From the IMG/VR virus record IMGVR_UViG_3300046703_000036, positions 1-54,358 of that record: a DNA stretch of 54,358 bases, one strand, 5' to 3'. The translations under genes were made by a program, and so were the position numbers. Below are positions 1-9,688 of this stretch, piece after piece; positions within the stretch are counted from its first letter, which is position 1, and each line of letters begins with the position of its first letter. The stretch comes from a virus (Duplodnaviria > Caudoviricetes). Below the pieces are notes generated by a model that did no database searches, was not told the DNA's origin, and saw only the letters and a list, made by a program, of their open reading frames with translations.

Positions 1-127
1 GAAGACATTGAATTGGTGACATCGGCCGAACCTATCAAATATTAACACAAAACACGAATCATAAGCGAGTGATTTGTACAATACGACACAGATATTAGAA
101 CAACGCGAAAAGGACACGGTGAGGAAC
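1..127. repeat. Terminal direct repeat, copy 1 (exact 127 nt; probable assembly circularisation overlap)
   Basis: 1-127 is identical to 54085-54211; identity breaks at 128/54212. 127 is a common assembler k-mer size. Confidence 0.95.
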
Positions 128-289
128 ATGAACATAAAGCGAAGGATTGACAACGAAATAGGCGACATGATGTTCGTTGTATTTATAGTGATACTTAGCA
201 CGTTCGAGGCATACGACTATCTTAAGAGCAAGGCAACGGGCAAGGAATGGCGACCGCGCATAGAGAGGCAATACGAGGTCAACGAATGA
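128..289 (+). CDS. Small membrane protein (allele A)
   Basis: GGTGAGG Shine-Dalgarno (SD) before ATG128; hydrophobic stretch MMFVVFIVILSTF; a diverged in-frame copy starts at 54213. Confidence 0.75.
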   Translation: MNIKRRIDNEIGDMMFVVFIVILSTFEAYDYLKSKATGKEWRPRIERQYEVNE

Positions 290-453
290 CCGTAACGATA
301 AAGCGAACGGCGATCCCGCTCGAATACAAAGGAGAAACAGTCGCGTATCTGTCAGATATAATAATGAACAATATGTCTATGCCTCACGGGACTATCGTCT
401 TTAAGGATTGGGACGCGGCCACAAAGATGATTGAGGAGTTGAGGAAGTTATGA
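286..453 (+). CDS. Hypothetical protein
   Basis: ATGA overlap with the upstream stop; GAGG SD. Confidence 0.6.
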   Translation: MTVTIKRTAIPLEYKGETVAYLSDIIMNNMSMPHGTIVFKDWDAATKMIEELRKL

Positions 454-662
454 GCGATAAGATACGAACGGCTATTTGCCCGGCTTGTAATAACGAAGTC
501 GAGTTTAAGAACGGCATGCATCAATGCCAAGAACTAAAGGAGTTCCCGTATTGTGGAGGGTTCGCCTATATCCTCGAGGACGTTGACCCGGACATAGCGT
601 CAGCATTCCATTTAAAGGAACTATCGGGACTCATTAGTTGCTTAAGCGGAGACAAAGAATGA
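450..662 (+). CDS. Small zinc-ribbon-like protein
   Basis: CPAC...C...C pattern; ATGA coupling. Confidence 0.6.
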   Translation: MSDKIRTAICPACNNEVEFKNGMHQCQELKEFPYCGGFAYILEDVDPDIASAFHLKELSGLISCLSGDKE

Positions 663-1117
663 AACGATGCAATAGTGAATACTCATACGACTTAATCAAA
701 GGCTGCAAATACGGGGACGATAGACCAGCAACCAAGTGGAATAAAGACCGCGACTTAATCGGCTTCTTTTGTAAGTGTCCCAACAAGTGCGAGACGTGCT
801 ATGTTGGCTCGGGACGTCAAGCGGTTTACATGCATCCCGACTTACATGCACAATACGAAGCGTCGTATCTCTGCAACATACGGGGCAACGTAGCCAAGGG
901 AGCCAAGGATGAGCGGCTCGAGATCCCTCGAACCAAGTGTTCACGTTGCGGACACAAGAAGCCAGCCGACGCATACAAGACATGCCAAGAGTGTCGAGAC
1001 AGAGGCAAGAGATCAAGGGATAAGGACGAGGAGAAGCGTAGAGAACTAAGGAAAAAGAATAGGGTCGATTGGAAGGCTACACAAAAAGGGGTCACAAAGC
1101 ATGAGGCGATTCTTTAG
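659..1117 (+). CDS. Cys-rich zinc-finger protein with basic C-terminus
   Basis: CSRC...CQEC motif; ATGA coupling at 659. Confidence 0.6.
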   Translation: MKRCNSEYSYDLIKGCKYGDDRPATKWNKDRDLIGFFCKCPNKCETCYVGSGRQAVYMHPDLHAQYEASYLCNIRGNVAKGAKDERLEIPRTKCSRCGHKKPADAYKTCQECRDRGKRSRDKDEEKRRELRKKNRVDWKATQKGVTKHEAIL

Positions 1118-1628
1118 GCGTCTAATCTATGGGCGGAGATATAGCAAGCCAAGCGATAGACTATTCCAAGACCATATACTCGAGGAGCAGCATTATAGGG
1201 AATGGAGTGAGAATCCCCCGCAAGGCGGATCTTGTTTAAGTGTAAACTGTGGAGTCCCCCCCTCGATTTATAAGCAGCCTAAACGAGACGCTTATGGGAA
1301 CGTGCTCGATGACGAAGGTTATCTCAAGGGAAGTCGAGCGCAACTTTATCTCACTTTTAAAGACGCCAAATCAAAGGAGGAAGCACAACACAAGCTTGAA
1401 TCAGCGCATGATCTCAAACTAGGTGGAGTGTGGCTACCAAAAGGATCGGCCGCAACATACCTTCAACTCAAGCAAGACAAAGACATCATTGACAAGATGG
1501 TTGATCCCGAGGACGAGCGCAATATGAGCGTCGCAGAAAGTATGTTCGGCCCCGTAATAATAGCGGGCATGGTCGCAAGCGGAAGTCTCTTATTAGCGGC
1601 CGTCTTTCAATGGGCGTTAACTCTTTAA
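1101..1628 (+). CDS. Hypothetical protein with C-terminal transmembrane helix
   Basis: 175-aa ORF with a hydrophobic C-terminus. Confidence 0.65.
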   Translation: MRRFFRRLIYGRRYSKPSDRLFQDHILEEQHYREWSENPPQGGSCLSVNCGVPPSIYKQPKRDAYGNVLDDEGYLKGSRAQLYLTFKDAKSKEEAQHKLESAHDLKLGGVWLPKGSAATYLQLKQDKDIIDKMVDPEDERNMSVAESMFGPVIIAGMVASGSLLLAAVFQWALTL

Positions 1629-1649
1629 GATATAACGATCATTAAGGCT

Positions 1650-1830
1650 TGTCGAGTTAGGCTATTTCTCGACACATGATTGGGGGGCATAGGACATGAA
1701 ACGGGAGCGGCTTTTAAATCGTGGTTAATTTCACCGACTTCCTCCCGCACACCCCGGGCGTTTTCACATGCTCCTATGCCTCCGTCAACACGGGCCGGGA
1801 TGTTTAACCATTTTCCTCTCGGCCTCCTTT
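1650..1830 (+). ncRNA. Candidate structured non-coding RNA
   Basis: ORF-free; hairpin TGTCGAG/CTCGACA, long stem 1683-1703/1759-1783, hairpin 1793-1824 followed by a pyrimidine tract. Confidence 0.45.
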
Positions 1831-1887
1831 ACGCTTAATCTATACTATTTTTACGTTTAACTAAAATATTTTCCTTAGAAGATTGAT

Positions 1888-1903
1888 AAAACTTTAACTT
1901 ATA
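1888..1903 (+). promoter_or_regulatory. Candidate archaeal BRE/TATA promoter for the structural operon (leaderless portal mRNA)
   Basis: AAAACTTTAACTTATA about 20-30 nt upstream of GTG1923; no SD before the start. Confidence 0.5.
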
Positions 1904-1922
1904 TCGTCCTCCTATTTTATAT

Positions 1923-3404
1923 GTGCCTAACTTACGGACTCCTAATAACAAGCAATCTCTTATATCCCGTATCAGGAAGGCTGTCCCTATACCCGCCGGG
2001 CGGGGCTCAAGACAAGGCGGTTCTTTTTTCTCTGAGTTCTTAGGAGCACAACGTCAAGCGGGTAGCGTTAAGCGTGGAGTTCCCGAATTCTTAGCGGCTT
2101 ATAACTCACTTCCTTGGTATAGAGCGGGCATTAACAAGATAGCGTCCTCAGTCTCAGCCGTTGAATGGCTGGCATTGACGCAAGACCCCGAGACGGAACA
2201 ACTCGTCCCGGTCGAGGACATCATTAATCAGAAGCACCCGCTCGAGATGTTCTTTGAACAACCGCATCCTTATTTCTCTTGGCAAACTATTCAATTTATA
2301 TGGGCTGTTCACTTAAAGACAGCCGGAGAAGCGTTTGGTATATGGGACGACAACTCAGAGGGCCGACAGATATGGCCCGTTAATCCGACAACTATCACCA
2401 AACTCCCGACTCCCGATGAACCCTTTTTTATTATGTCACTCTCAACGGGACAACATGAGATCCCCGTTGATGAGATGCTTTGGTTATTAGACCCCGACCC
2501 AACTGCTCCTTATGCTCGAGGCTCGGGTATTGCGCAAGCGTTAGACGACGAACTATCGACCGATGAGGAAGCAGCAAAAACAATACGGGCATTCTTTGAG
2601 AACCAAGCAAGACCCGATGTACTAATCACAGGACGCGGCCTCAACCCCGAGAAGACAAAGAAGATTGAGGAGGAATGGAAAGAGAAGCAAAGCGGTTTTT
2701 GGAATGCGTTTAAGCCTCACTTCATGTCAGAACAAGTCGACATCCGTGAGTTTAAGCAAGACTTCCAATCAATGCAATTCATCGAGTTAAGGAAATACGA
2801 ACGAGACACAATCATTCAGGTCTTTGGGATTCCTCCCGAGATCATCGGCATTTTACAGAACTCAAATCGAGCAACCATTGAAGCAGCGGACTTGTTTTTT
2901 GCGAGATACACGCTCGACCCTATATTGCGACAAATGCGTGAGGCGTATCAAAAGCAAATCGTCCCCAAGTTTGACGACACGGGCCTTATTGAGCTTGATT
3001 ATATCAGTCCGATTCAAGAAGACAAGGAATACAATCTTAAGATTATGCAAGCGGCTCCGTACGCATTCCTCGTTGACGAGGTGCGTGAGTTGGCTGGACA
3101 AGAAGCGTTCCCGAACGGCTTGGGCGAGAAGATCCCTATGCCTCTTAATCTTACTATGACATCTATCGACGAGGGAGACGAGGAACCAAACCTCGCACCT
3201 ATACCGGGCGAGACGATCGAACCAAATCCGAACGCACCCGCACCAACCGAACCGGGTCAAGGAACGCCGCCCGAACAAATGCCAACCGAGCCAACACAAG
3301 CACCAATGCAACCACTCATGCCCCCGACAGCGGCAAGTTACAAAAAGAAGGGCCGGAGAATCAGGACGGGGCGAGGCGCTATCATACGCATAAGGAGGGG
3401 CTAA
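1923..3404 (+). CDS. Portal protein, HK97 family
   Basis: FFENQARP, MQFIELRKY...IIQVFGIPP..IG...NSNRATIE and VDEVRELAG motifs; Pro-rich tail; lies before protease and capsid. Confidence 0.95.
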   Translation: MPNLRTPNNKQSLISRIRKAVPIPAGRGSRQGGSFFSEFLGAQRQAGSVKRGVPEFLAAYNSLPWYRAGINKIASSVSAVEWLALTQDPETEQLVPVEDIINQKHPLEMFFEQPHPYFSWQTIQFIWAVHLKTAGEAFGIWDDNSEGRQIWPVNPTTITKLPTPDEPFFIMSLSTGQHEIPVDEMLWLLDPDPTAPYARGSGIAQALDDELSTDEEAAKTIRAFFENQARPDVLITGRGLNPEKTKKIEEEWKEKQSGFWNAFKPHFMSEQVDIREFKQDFQSMQFIELRKYERDTIIQVFGIPPEIIGILQNSNRATIEAADLFFARYTLDPILRQMREAYQKQIVPKFDDTGLIELDYISPIQEDKEYNLKIMQAAPYAFLVDEVRELAGQEAFPNGLGEKIPMPLNLTMTSIDEGDEEPNLAPIPGETIEPNPNAPAPTEPGQGTPPEQMPTEPTQAPMQPLMPPTAASYKKKGRRIRTGRGAIIRIRRG

Positions 3405-3556
3405 TGGTCGACTACATAATTGACACAACGCCCGAGGAACAGAGGGAGGCTTGGCGCGAGATGTTCAAGGCGCTTATGACGTACCCATATCGAGGGACGT
3501 ATTCTTACGATTATAGGGAGGGAGTTGAACTAAATGACAGAGAGCAAGGACGTTAA
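3404..3556 (+). CDS. Small hypothetical protein (50 aa, not in ORF track)
   Basis: AAGGAGG SD; TAATG overlap with the portal stop; MVDYIIDTTPEEQREAW... Confidence 0.55.
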   Translation: MVDYIIDTTPEEQREAWREMFKALMTYPYRGTYSYDYREGVELNDREQGR

Positions 3557-5096
3557 ACACGGGACTCCAATATACAAGGTCTATAAAGTCAGCGACGTTG
3601 AGGTCGAGGGCGATCCTAATAATGACAACGCTCCACTTACGTTCACCATAACAACGGACGTCACTGACAGAGACAAGGACATCGTTGACCCGGCCGGAGC
3701 AGTCGTTGAGAATTACAGCAAGAACGCTGTCATGCAATGGGCTCACCAATATGAGGAACTACCCGTCGGGAAATCAGTCGAGATGTTCGCGACCAAGATC
3801 AAGGCAGTTAAGGACGGACAAGAGCAAGACTTTAACGCTATCAAAGCGCGTGTAGTCTTTCAACCCGATTCAAATTATCATGACTCTTACACGGGCATAC
3901 GTGGATCTATGGTTCGGCGTATGTATGTGACCGGCTTTTTGAACGCGGTCTCTATTGGCTTCGATCCTTTGGAGTGGGAACCCATTGAGGAGAAAGGAGA
4001 GAAGACCCCTTCCGAATTACTTGGCATGGTTCCGAATAACGGGACACGCTTCGTCAAGTGGGACTTGCTTGAGTTCTCGGCCGTCCCCGTTCCCGCAAAC
4101 CCACAAGCACTCGTCGACCGCAATTATGATTCGGTCGCTAAAGCGCAGTTGAGACGGGTCGCGGCCGACGTTCTCGAGCAGTGTAAAGAGGGCGAATGTC
4201 CCCGATTAACGAAGGGAGTTATACCTTACAAACAAACGCCCAAGGCTCCCGAAGGTGAAGCATGGCAAGGCCCGGCCGAAGTCGCAGCCGCAAGCATTGA
4301 CGATTTAAAGGTTATGTGTACGTGGTTCGACTCGAGCAAGGCAACGGCCGACCTCACAAAGGGCGACTTCAAACTCCCGCATCACAAACAGCAAGGCTAC
4401 GCACTCGTTCGACAAGGTTTGATCGGGGCGGGCAACGCACTCACGGGGGCTCGAGGTGGAGTCAATATACCGGCCGGAGATGAGGCCGGAGTTAAGTCAC
4501 ACTTAGAGAAGCATTATGCCGAGTTTCAACTCGACGCACCTTGGAATAAATCACTCGAGGAGGATTCTATGGAGTTAAAACATACAGTAGCGGACGACAG
4601 ATTTGTCGAGCAGATTAAAGCAATAATCATAAAAGAGGGCCGAGTCCTCTCGGGTAAAAACGAGACGGATCTCAAGGACGGAGTTGCACAGATTAACGCG
4701 GGCGTCAAGAAGGTTAATGACGTTCTCGGCAAGGTAAACAGCGGAGGGCAATCAGAACCAACCGCACCGACAACGCCGCCCACTCCACCCGCACAAGAAC
4801 CTAAGTCAATGTTTACAGTGAGCTTCCCGCTTGGCCATGAAGCTTCATATCTAAAGAATGAGGCCGAGTTAGCGGAGGAAGTAGTTGAGGAGGAGGAACA
4901 AGAAGTGACACTCACACCAAAACCCGCCGAGGTTCAATCTGAGAATCCCGACGAGGACATCTATATTATCGACGAGACGGTCTATGACGAGGAACTCCAA
5001 GCCTATATCACTCAAGTTAGGGATGAGGTTAAGGAGGAATTAGAGACGGACGATAATCAAAGCGACCTCGCAACGCAACGCGAGGAACCAACCTAA
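3534..5096 (+). CDS. Prohead maturation protease (HK97 family) with extra middle domain and acidic C-terminus
   Basis: DRDKDIV, QWAH (His), VSIGF and LLEFSAVPVPANP (Ser) motifs. Confidence 0.92.
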   Translation: MTESKDVKHGTPIYKVYKVSDVEVEGDPNNDNAPLTFTITTDVTDRDKDIVDPAGAVVENYSKNAVMQWAHQYEELPVGKSVEMFATKIKAVKDGQEQDFNAIKARVVFQPDSNYHDSYTGIRGSMVRRMYVTGFLNAVSIGFDPLEWEPIEEKGEKTPSELLGMVPNNGTRFVKWDLLEFSAVPVPANPQALVDRNYDSVAKAQLRRVAADVLEQCKEGECPRLTKGVIPYKQTPKAPEGEAWQGPAEVAAASIDDLKVMCTWFDSSKATADLTKGDFKLPHHKQQGYALVRQGLIGAGNALTGARGGVNIPAGDEAGVKSHLEKHYAEFQLDAPWNKSLEEDSMELKHTVADDRFVEQIKAIIIKEGRVLSGKNETDLKDGVAQINAGVKKVNDVLGKVNSGGQSEPTAPTTPPTPPAQEPKSMFTVSFPLGHEASYLKNEAELAEEVVEEEEQEVTLTPKPAEVQSENPDEDIYIIDETVYDEELQAYITQVRDEVKEELETDDNQSDLATQREEPT

Positions 5097-5110
5097 AGGA
5101 GGTTTAGTAT

Positions 5111-6304
5111 ATGGCCGAGATAAAACTGACCCGGGCTCAGATCAAAGAAAAGATCTTAGAGGACACGGGCAAAGATGTTAAGGAGGCGGTCAAGGACGCA
5201 ACGAAGCAGCAAAATCTCGCGTTGCGAAGTATGTTGGCCGACGAACAGAAATATCGAGAGGCGAATGTTGGGGAGAAGATTGATCCTATTGGAGGTTTAA
5301 TCATTGCTCTCGCAGCGAACAAGGGCTCACCAAGCGACGCCGCTAAGTGGGCGAGCAGAAAATACGGTGAGAAGTCTAAAATTGTCAAGGCTCTCAACAC
5401 GACAACCGACACAGCGGGAGGCTTTTTAGTCCCGGAGGTTCTAAGTCCCGAGGTTATAGAGCTACTCTCTGCAACGACAGTCATGAGAAAGATGGGTTGC
5501 CGCGTTATGCAATTGGTCAACGGACAACTCACGATCCCGCGAATGACCGGGGGAGCAACGGCCGCTTACATCAGTGAGGGGACGAGCATCACTTCGAGTC
5601 AAGAGACCTTTGGACAAATCAATCTCCAAGGCCACAAACTCGCGGCTCAAGTACCAATCAGCAACGATCTCTTAAAGTTCGCGACCGCAAACGCCGATCA
5701 AATCGTTCGACAAGACCTCGTCTTGCGAATGGCTCTCAGAGAAGACCTCGCCTTTATGGAAGGTGACGGGACTCTTGCAACGCCGGTCGGTCTAAGGAAC
5801 CAAATGACAGCGGCTAACGCTATCGCAATGACAGCAACGCCGACAGCCGTGACCGCAACGACGGACGCGGGGAGGATGATTAACCTTCTCGACAACGCTA
5901 ACGTCCCCGATACAAAGCGCGGTTGGATCATGAGACCGAGCGTTAAGAATTGGCTATCAACTGTCAGAGAAGCGACCGGGGCTCTTGCATTCCCCGAGGC
6001 ACAGAAGGGCGTCTTTTGGGGCTACCCAATAGCAACGACAACCGCTATCACTATTGATGCGGCCGGGCCTCCGACACAGTCGAGAGTCTATCTTGCAGAG
6101 TTCCCCGAGCTGATTATCGGCGACGCTATGACGCTAAGGATCGACGCAAGCGACACAGCCGCATATTCGGACTCAACGGGAGCGGTCGTAAGTTCGTTCT
6201 CGAGAGACGAGACAATCGTTCGGGCAATCAGCATGCACGACTTTGGCATGAGACATGCTGGAGCAGCCGCAGCGTTAACCGGATGCACATGGGGCGGGGC
6301 ATAA
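5111..6304 (+). CDS. Major capsid protein, HK97 fold
   Basis: TAGGFLVPE, AAYISEG, KLAAQVPISNDLL and EDLAFMEGDG motifs; strong AAGGAGGT SD. Confidence 0.96.
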   Translation: MAEIKLTRAQIKEKILEDTGKDVKEAVKDATKQQNLALRSMLADEQKYREANVGEKIDPIGGLIIALAANKGSPSDAAKWASRKYGEKSKIVKALNTTTDTAGGFLVPEVLSPEVIELLSATTVMRKMGCRVMQLVNGQLTIPRMTGGATAAYISEGTSITSSQETFGQINLQGHKLAAQVPISNDLLKFATANADQIVRQDLVLRMALREDLAFMEGDGTLATPVGLRNQMTAANAIAMTATPTAVTATTDAGRMINLLDNANVPDTKRGWIMRPSVKNWLSTVREATGALAFPEAQKGVFWGYPIATTTAITIDAAGPPTQSRVYLAEFPELIIGDAMTLRIDASDTAAYSDSTGAVVSSFSRDETIVRAISMHDFGMRHAGAAAALTGCTWGGA

Positions 6305-6346
6305 TTAAGCTCCACTCTCCTTTATTTTTAGAGGAGGTATAGCAAC

Positions 6347-6814
6347 ATGGGCAAATCAAACGTCTTACAAAACGTGGTTACGAAGGTTATTGACGTTGCA
6401 CAAACGCTGACAGCGAACGCGACGCATGCGAACTTGAGTCCGGCCTTGACGGTCGGAGTTCATAAGGAGTTCAATGAGGTCAAGGCAATATTCCCGTTTG
6501 TCGCAGCCGGAGCGGGCGGAACTAAGTCCGTCACGATAGAGATTCAAAGCGACACGGGAGCAGCGTCCGCATATCAAGCGGTCGCGACGTCAGTAGTCGG
6601 AACGGATGCGGGGCATGGTTATATCGCGACGACCGGGAACGGCGTTGCCGAAGTCTCTTGCAGCATGAACGATGTTAGAATCGGAGCGAATATTAAGGTC
6701 TATGTGCATTATCTCGGGACAAGCACCGACACATGCATAGGGCCGACACTGCTTCAATTCTACAACGCTCGAGAGGAGCCGCCCCTTAACGCGACCATGA
6801 CAACGTTAGCATAG
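6347..6814 (+). CDS. Putative capsid decoration/minor head protein
   Basis: Directly after the capsid gene; Thr/Ala/Gly-rich; paralogous to 6827-7306 (shared AREEP motif). Confidence 0.6.
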   Translation: MGKSNVLQNVVTKVIDVAQTLTANATHANLSPALTVGVHKEFNEVKAIFPFVAAGAGGTKSVTIEIQSDTGAASAYQAVATSVVGTDAGHGYIATTGNGVAEVSCSMNDVRIGANIKVYVHYLGTSTDTCIGPTLLQFYNAREEPPLNATMTTLA

Positions 6815-6826
6815 GAGGTCTAAAGA

Positions 6827-7306
6827 ATGACGTGGAAAAGGAATTGTTTAAAGAATACAGTGACCAAGCTAATCGGAGCGTCAACGGCGCTTACGATCGG
6901 CGGAACAGTCACACACTCAAGCACTCCGTTCGACCTCGGCCTCGACAAGAAGTATTCGGGCGCTAAGATCATCTATTACGGAGCGCATACCGGGACGATC
7001 GCGCTTGACGTTCAAATGACTGTCAACACGGGGCCGACTAATGCACTCGCAACCGGAGCCGCAACGACAATAACGGCCAAGGGAACGGCTGTAAACACGG
7101 GTCACGCGGGCTCGGGAGGAACGGTTATTCTTGAGTCATACGTTGACTTCGCCGACCAACATATTGACCGATGGATCGGAGTCGATATATTAGCGACAGC
7201 CGGTTCGGGAACCGATGGATTAACGGGGATCATATTAATGGTTCTCGAAGCAGCGAGAGAGGAACCGACGTCAACGCTTGGTACAAATACCATGACGACG
7301 GCGTAA
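6827..7306 (+). CDS. Putative capsid decoration/minor head protein (paralog of 6347-6814)
   Basis: L(Q/K)N.VTK.I N-terminus and AREEP...TMT C-terminus shared with the upstream gene. Confidence 0.6.
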   Translation: MTWKRNCLKNTVTKLIGASTALTIGGTVTHSSTPFDLGLDKKYSGAKIIYYGAHTGTIALDVQMTVNTGPTNALATGAATTITAKGTAVNTGHAGSGGTVILESYVDFADQHIDRWIGVDILATAGSGTDGLTGIILMVLEAAREEPTSTLGTNTMTTA

Positions 7307-7350
7307 GGAGAGCAACAAACTCTCCACTCCTTTATTTTTGGAGGTGAAGC

Positions 7351-7551
7351 ATGTCGACAACAACATGGACTATAACAGTCGAGACGACCGGCGTTCAAAT
7401 GGCCGCATACATCGCTATGCGATTAAATCAAGACGCTGTAACCGTAACGATCGAGCAAGCAGTACAAGAACTGCTCACTATGGGCGGCATAAATACAGCC
7501 GGGACAAGTTCGGGGCCGACGATCAAGCATCACGGCAACGACTTCCAATAA
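7351..7551 (+). CDS. Small virion-module protein
   Basis: GGAGGTGA SD before ATG7351. Confidence 0.65.
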   Translation: MSTTTWTITVETTGVQMAAYIAMRLNQDAVTVTIEQAVQELLTMGGINTAGTSSGPTIKHHGNDFQ

Positions 7552-7564
7552 GGGGCGCGATATA

Positions 7565-7783
7565 ATGCAACTTATAACATTTTGCCAAGAATACAGCGGC
7601 TATCATAAAGGGGCAAGCCAATACTTTGAGGAAGTTCTTGCGGCTCAACTAATAGCGGCGGGAATTGCCAAGGACGCATACATGAAAGAAGTCGAGGAAC
7701 CCGAGGTCAAGGTCGAGGAGAAAAAGGCCGTTGAGAAGCCTATCAAAGACAAGATGATCCGGTCTCCTAAACGTAAGAAGTAA
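7565..7783 (+). CDS. Small head-module protein with basic C-terminus
   Basis: KPIKDKMIRSPKRKK tail, typical of small genes following HK97-type capsid genes. Confidence 0.65.
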   Translation: MQLITFCQEYSGYHKGASQYFEEVLAAQLIAAGIAKDAYMKEVEEPEVKVEEKKAVEKPIKDKMIRSPKRKK

Positions 7784-7795
7784 GGAGGCAAGAAC

Positions 7796-8515
7796 ATGGC
7801 GGACGCATCAGGGAACGAGAGGTCAAGCTTCGCGGCTAATGTAATTGACACAGAGCAGATATTTGACGCTTGTATAACGGCGGTCAAACTCGCGACCGAC
7901 TCAGTGATAACGGCAAAGATTCAAGATGACGCGGTCACAAGCGATAAGATCGCTCCGGGAGTCCTCACTCAGCATGTGCGGAACATGGTCGCTTATGCTG
8001 CGATAGGACACACGACAGTAACAACACCGATCGGGACGATTCCGGCGGGGGCTCTCATAAAAGGATGTATCGTATCAATCACGGAAGCTTACAATGGTAC
8101 AACTCCCTCTATTGATATTGGGGTGGCTGGCGATCATGATTCGCTACTTCCGACTGCAAGCATAGCGAGATCACTCAATTCAATAAGCGGAGAAGACCCG
8201 GCGACTTATGGAGTCGAACTATGGGTTCCGGGAGTTCAAACAGCAATAGCACAAACGACGACGGCAAGCGATTGGGCGTTAAGCGCGTTGACCGTTGACT
8301 CTGGGACACACGCTATGGCCTCGCATACACAGGCAACGACGGCGGGGGATTATACAGTCACGGCTTCCCCAATCGTCACGACATACGGACATCCGAGAAA
8401 GAAATATCTCGCGGCCGATACGGTTTATAATGCGTACACAGCGGCGGGAACGGGTACGACAACGGGAACGGCCGACGTTTTTATTCTATATGATAGGGTG
8501 GTGATGGCAGATTGA
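7796..8515 (+). CDS. Putative head fibre/spike protein
   Basis: ITAVKLATDSVITAKIQDDAVTSDKIA fibre-type repeat; C-terminal domain paralogous to 8512-8928. Confidence 0.55.
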   Translation: MADASGNERSSFAANVIDTEQIFDACITAVKLATDSVITAKIQDDAVTSDKIAPGVLTQHVRNMVAYAAIGHTTVTTPIGTIPAGALIKGCIVSITEAYNGTTPSIDIGVAGDHDSLLPTASIARSLNSISGEDPATYGVELWVPGVQTAIAQTTTASDWALSALTVDSGTHAMASHTQATTAGDYTVTASPIVTTYGHPRKKYLAADTVYNAYTAAGTGTTTGTADVFILYDRVVMAD

Positions 8516-8928
8516 CCGACGTTGATCCTATAACTTACGGCGTCCCGGTGCGAATCATCGGAACGTCTAATGCAGTAACGACACATATCACGCACGACGG
8601 AGGCACAACGCAGCCGATCGCGACGTTCTCAGCGGGAACCATTATCGAGCATTGCCTTCTCGTAGTAACGGAAGCAATCAACGGGACGGCGACCGTTAAT
8701 ATCGGAATAGCAACGAACACCGATGGCATGCTTCCCGACGCTTCAATAACCAAGACACTCGCAGCGGTAAACGGAGAAGATGAGGCCGATTTGGGCGACC
8801 TTCTCTATGCAACGCACAAGCACGTCTATTATTGTGCGGCTGCAACGATCGTCAATGCGACGCTCGGTTCTTTAGGAACGACAACGACCGGCGAGGCGGA
8901 CGTGATTATCACATATAGAGCGCCTTAG
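8512..8928 (+). CDS. Putative decoration protein (paralog of the 7796 C-terminal domain)
   Basis: Shared TEA.NGT...IG....D..LP.ASI...L....GED.A pattern. Confidence 0.55.
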   Translation: MTDVDPITYGVPVRIIGTSNAVTTHITHDGGTTQPIATFSAGTIIEHCLLVVTEAINGTATVNIGIATNTDGMLPDASITKTLAAVNGEDEADLGDLLYATHKHVYYCAAATIVNATLGSLGTTTTGEADVIITYRAP

Positions 8929-8942
8929 AGAATCGCCAATAA

Positions 8943-9245
8943 ATGACCGAGACACAGTTCATTAAGTCCGAGGAACGGGGCAAGAAATACGAGGTAGAGT
9001 TCGAGGTCTTTGACCCAAAGGTCAAGATCAAGAATAATGTTTACCCGTTGCCTTGGGAGTTTCATAATTGCGGGACTTGCAGGAGTGCGAGATTCTTGCA
9101 AAAACCGGAGCCGGGAGTATTGCGCGTTAAGTGTTTGCTCTCGGGACTTTGGATTGACGAGAACGAGGGAACATTTGACAACGGTTGCCCGGGACACAGA
9201 AGGGCAATTCCAAGACGTGAGATAATAGGAGGAGTAACATTATGA
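8943..9245 (+). CDS. Small Cys-rich protein
   Basis: CGTC...C...C pattern; 100 aa. Confidence 0.55.
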   Translation: MTETQFIKSEERGKKYEVEFEVFDPKVKIKNNVYPLPWEFHNCGTCRSARFLQKPEPGVLRVKCLLSGLWIDENEGTFDNGCPGHRRAIPRREIIGGVTL

Positions 9246-9688
9246 CGGGAGCTATGTATAGAGGGGGCGTGATCCGACTACTCGGACACGGAACGGAGCG
9301 AATCGGTTGGATCTCAGCCGGAGATAGTTTTTACGCGGCTCTATCAAAGACCGCATACGCACCGACTTACACGGACACAAGTTATGCAACGATCGCGGCT
9401 GCAATGGAAGTCGCGAATGGCAACGGTTACGCGACCAAAGGCAAGACAATCGCGCAGGTCACACCGGCTTATGAGTCCGATACTTACGACTATATCAAAT
9501 GCGATTCGGCCGATCCGGCTGCTTGGACGACTGCAACATTCATCACCGATGGCTCGGTCATTTGGGACGACACCGCAACGAACGACCCGGTCGTATGTTG
9601 GCTTGACTTTGGAGGCGATAAGAGCGTCACGGCGGGAACCTTGACGGTCGTATTTGACGCACACGGCGTATTTAGATTTAAGGTCTAA
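9242..9688 (+). CDS. Virion structural protein (minor tail/fibre-anchoring type)
   Basis: EV..GNGY...GKT and LDFGGDKSVTAGTLTVVF pattern, common in siphovirus minor structural proteins. Confidence 0.65.
   Translation: MTGAMYRGGVIRLLGHGTERIGWISAGDSFYAALSKTAYAPTYTDTSYATIAAAMEVANGNGYATKGKTIAQVTPAYESDTYDYIKCDSADPAAWTTATFITDGSVIWDDTATNDPVVCWLDFGGDKSVTAGTLTVVFDAHGVFRFKV

Noticed and set aside
1-127. Biological terminal repeat of the packaged DNA
   Set aside because: The length equals a standard assembler k-mer and the repeat starts mid-gene, so an assembly overlap is more likely. True termini need read-end analysis.
128-250. Template/variable repeat pair of a diversity-generating retroelement (128-250 versus 54213-54335)
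   Set aside because: Mismatches involve C, G and T as well as A in both copies, and no reverse transcriptase gene is present.
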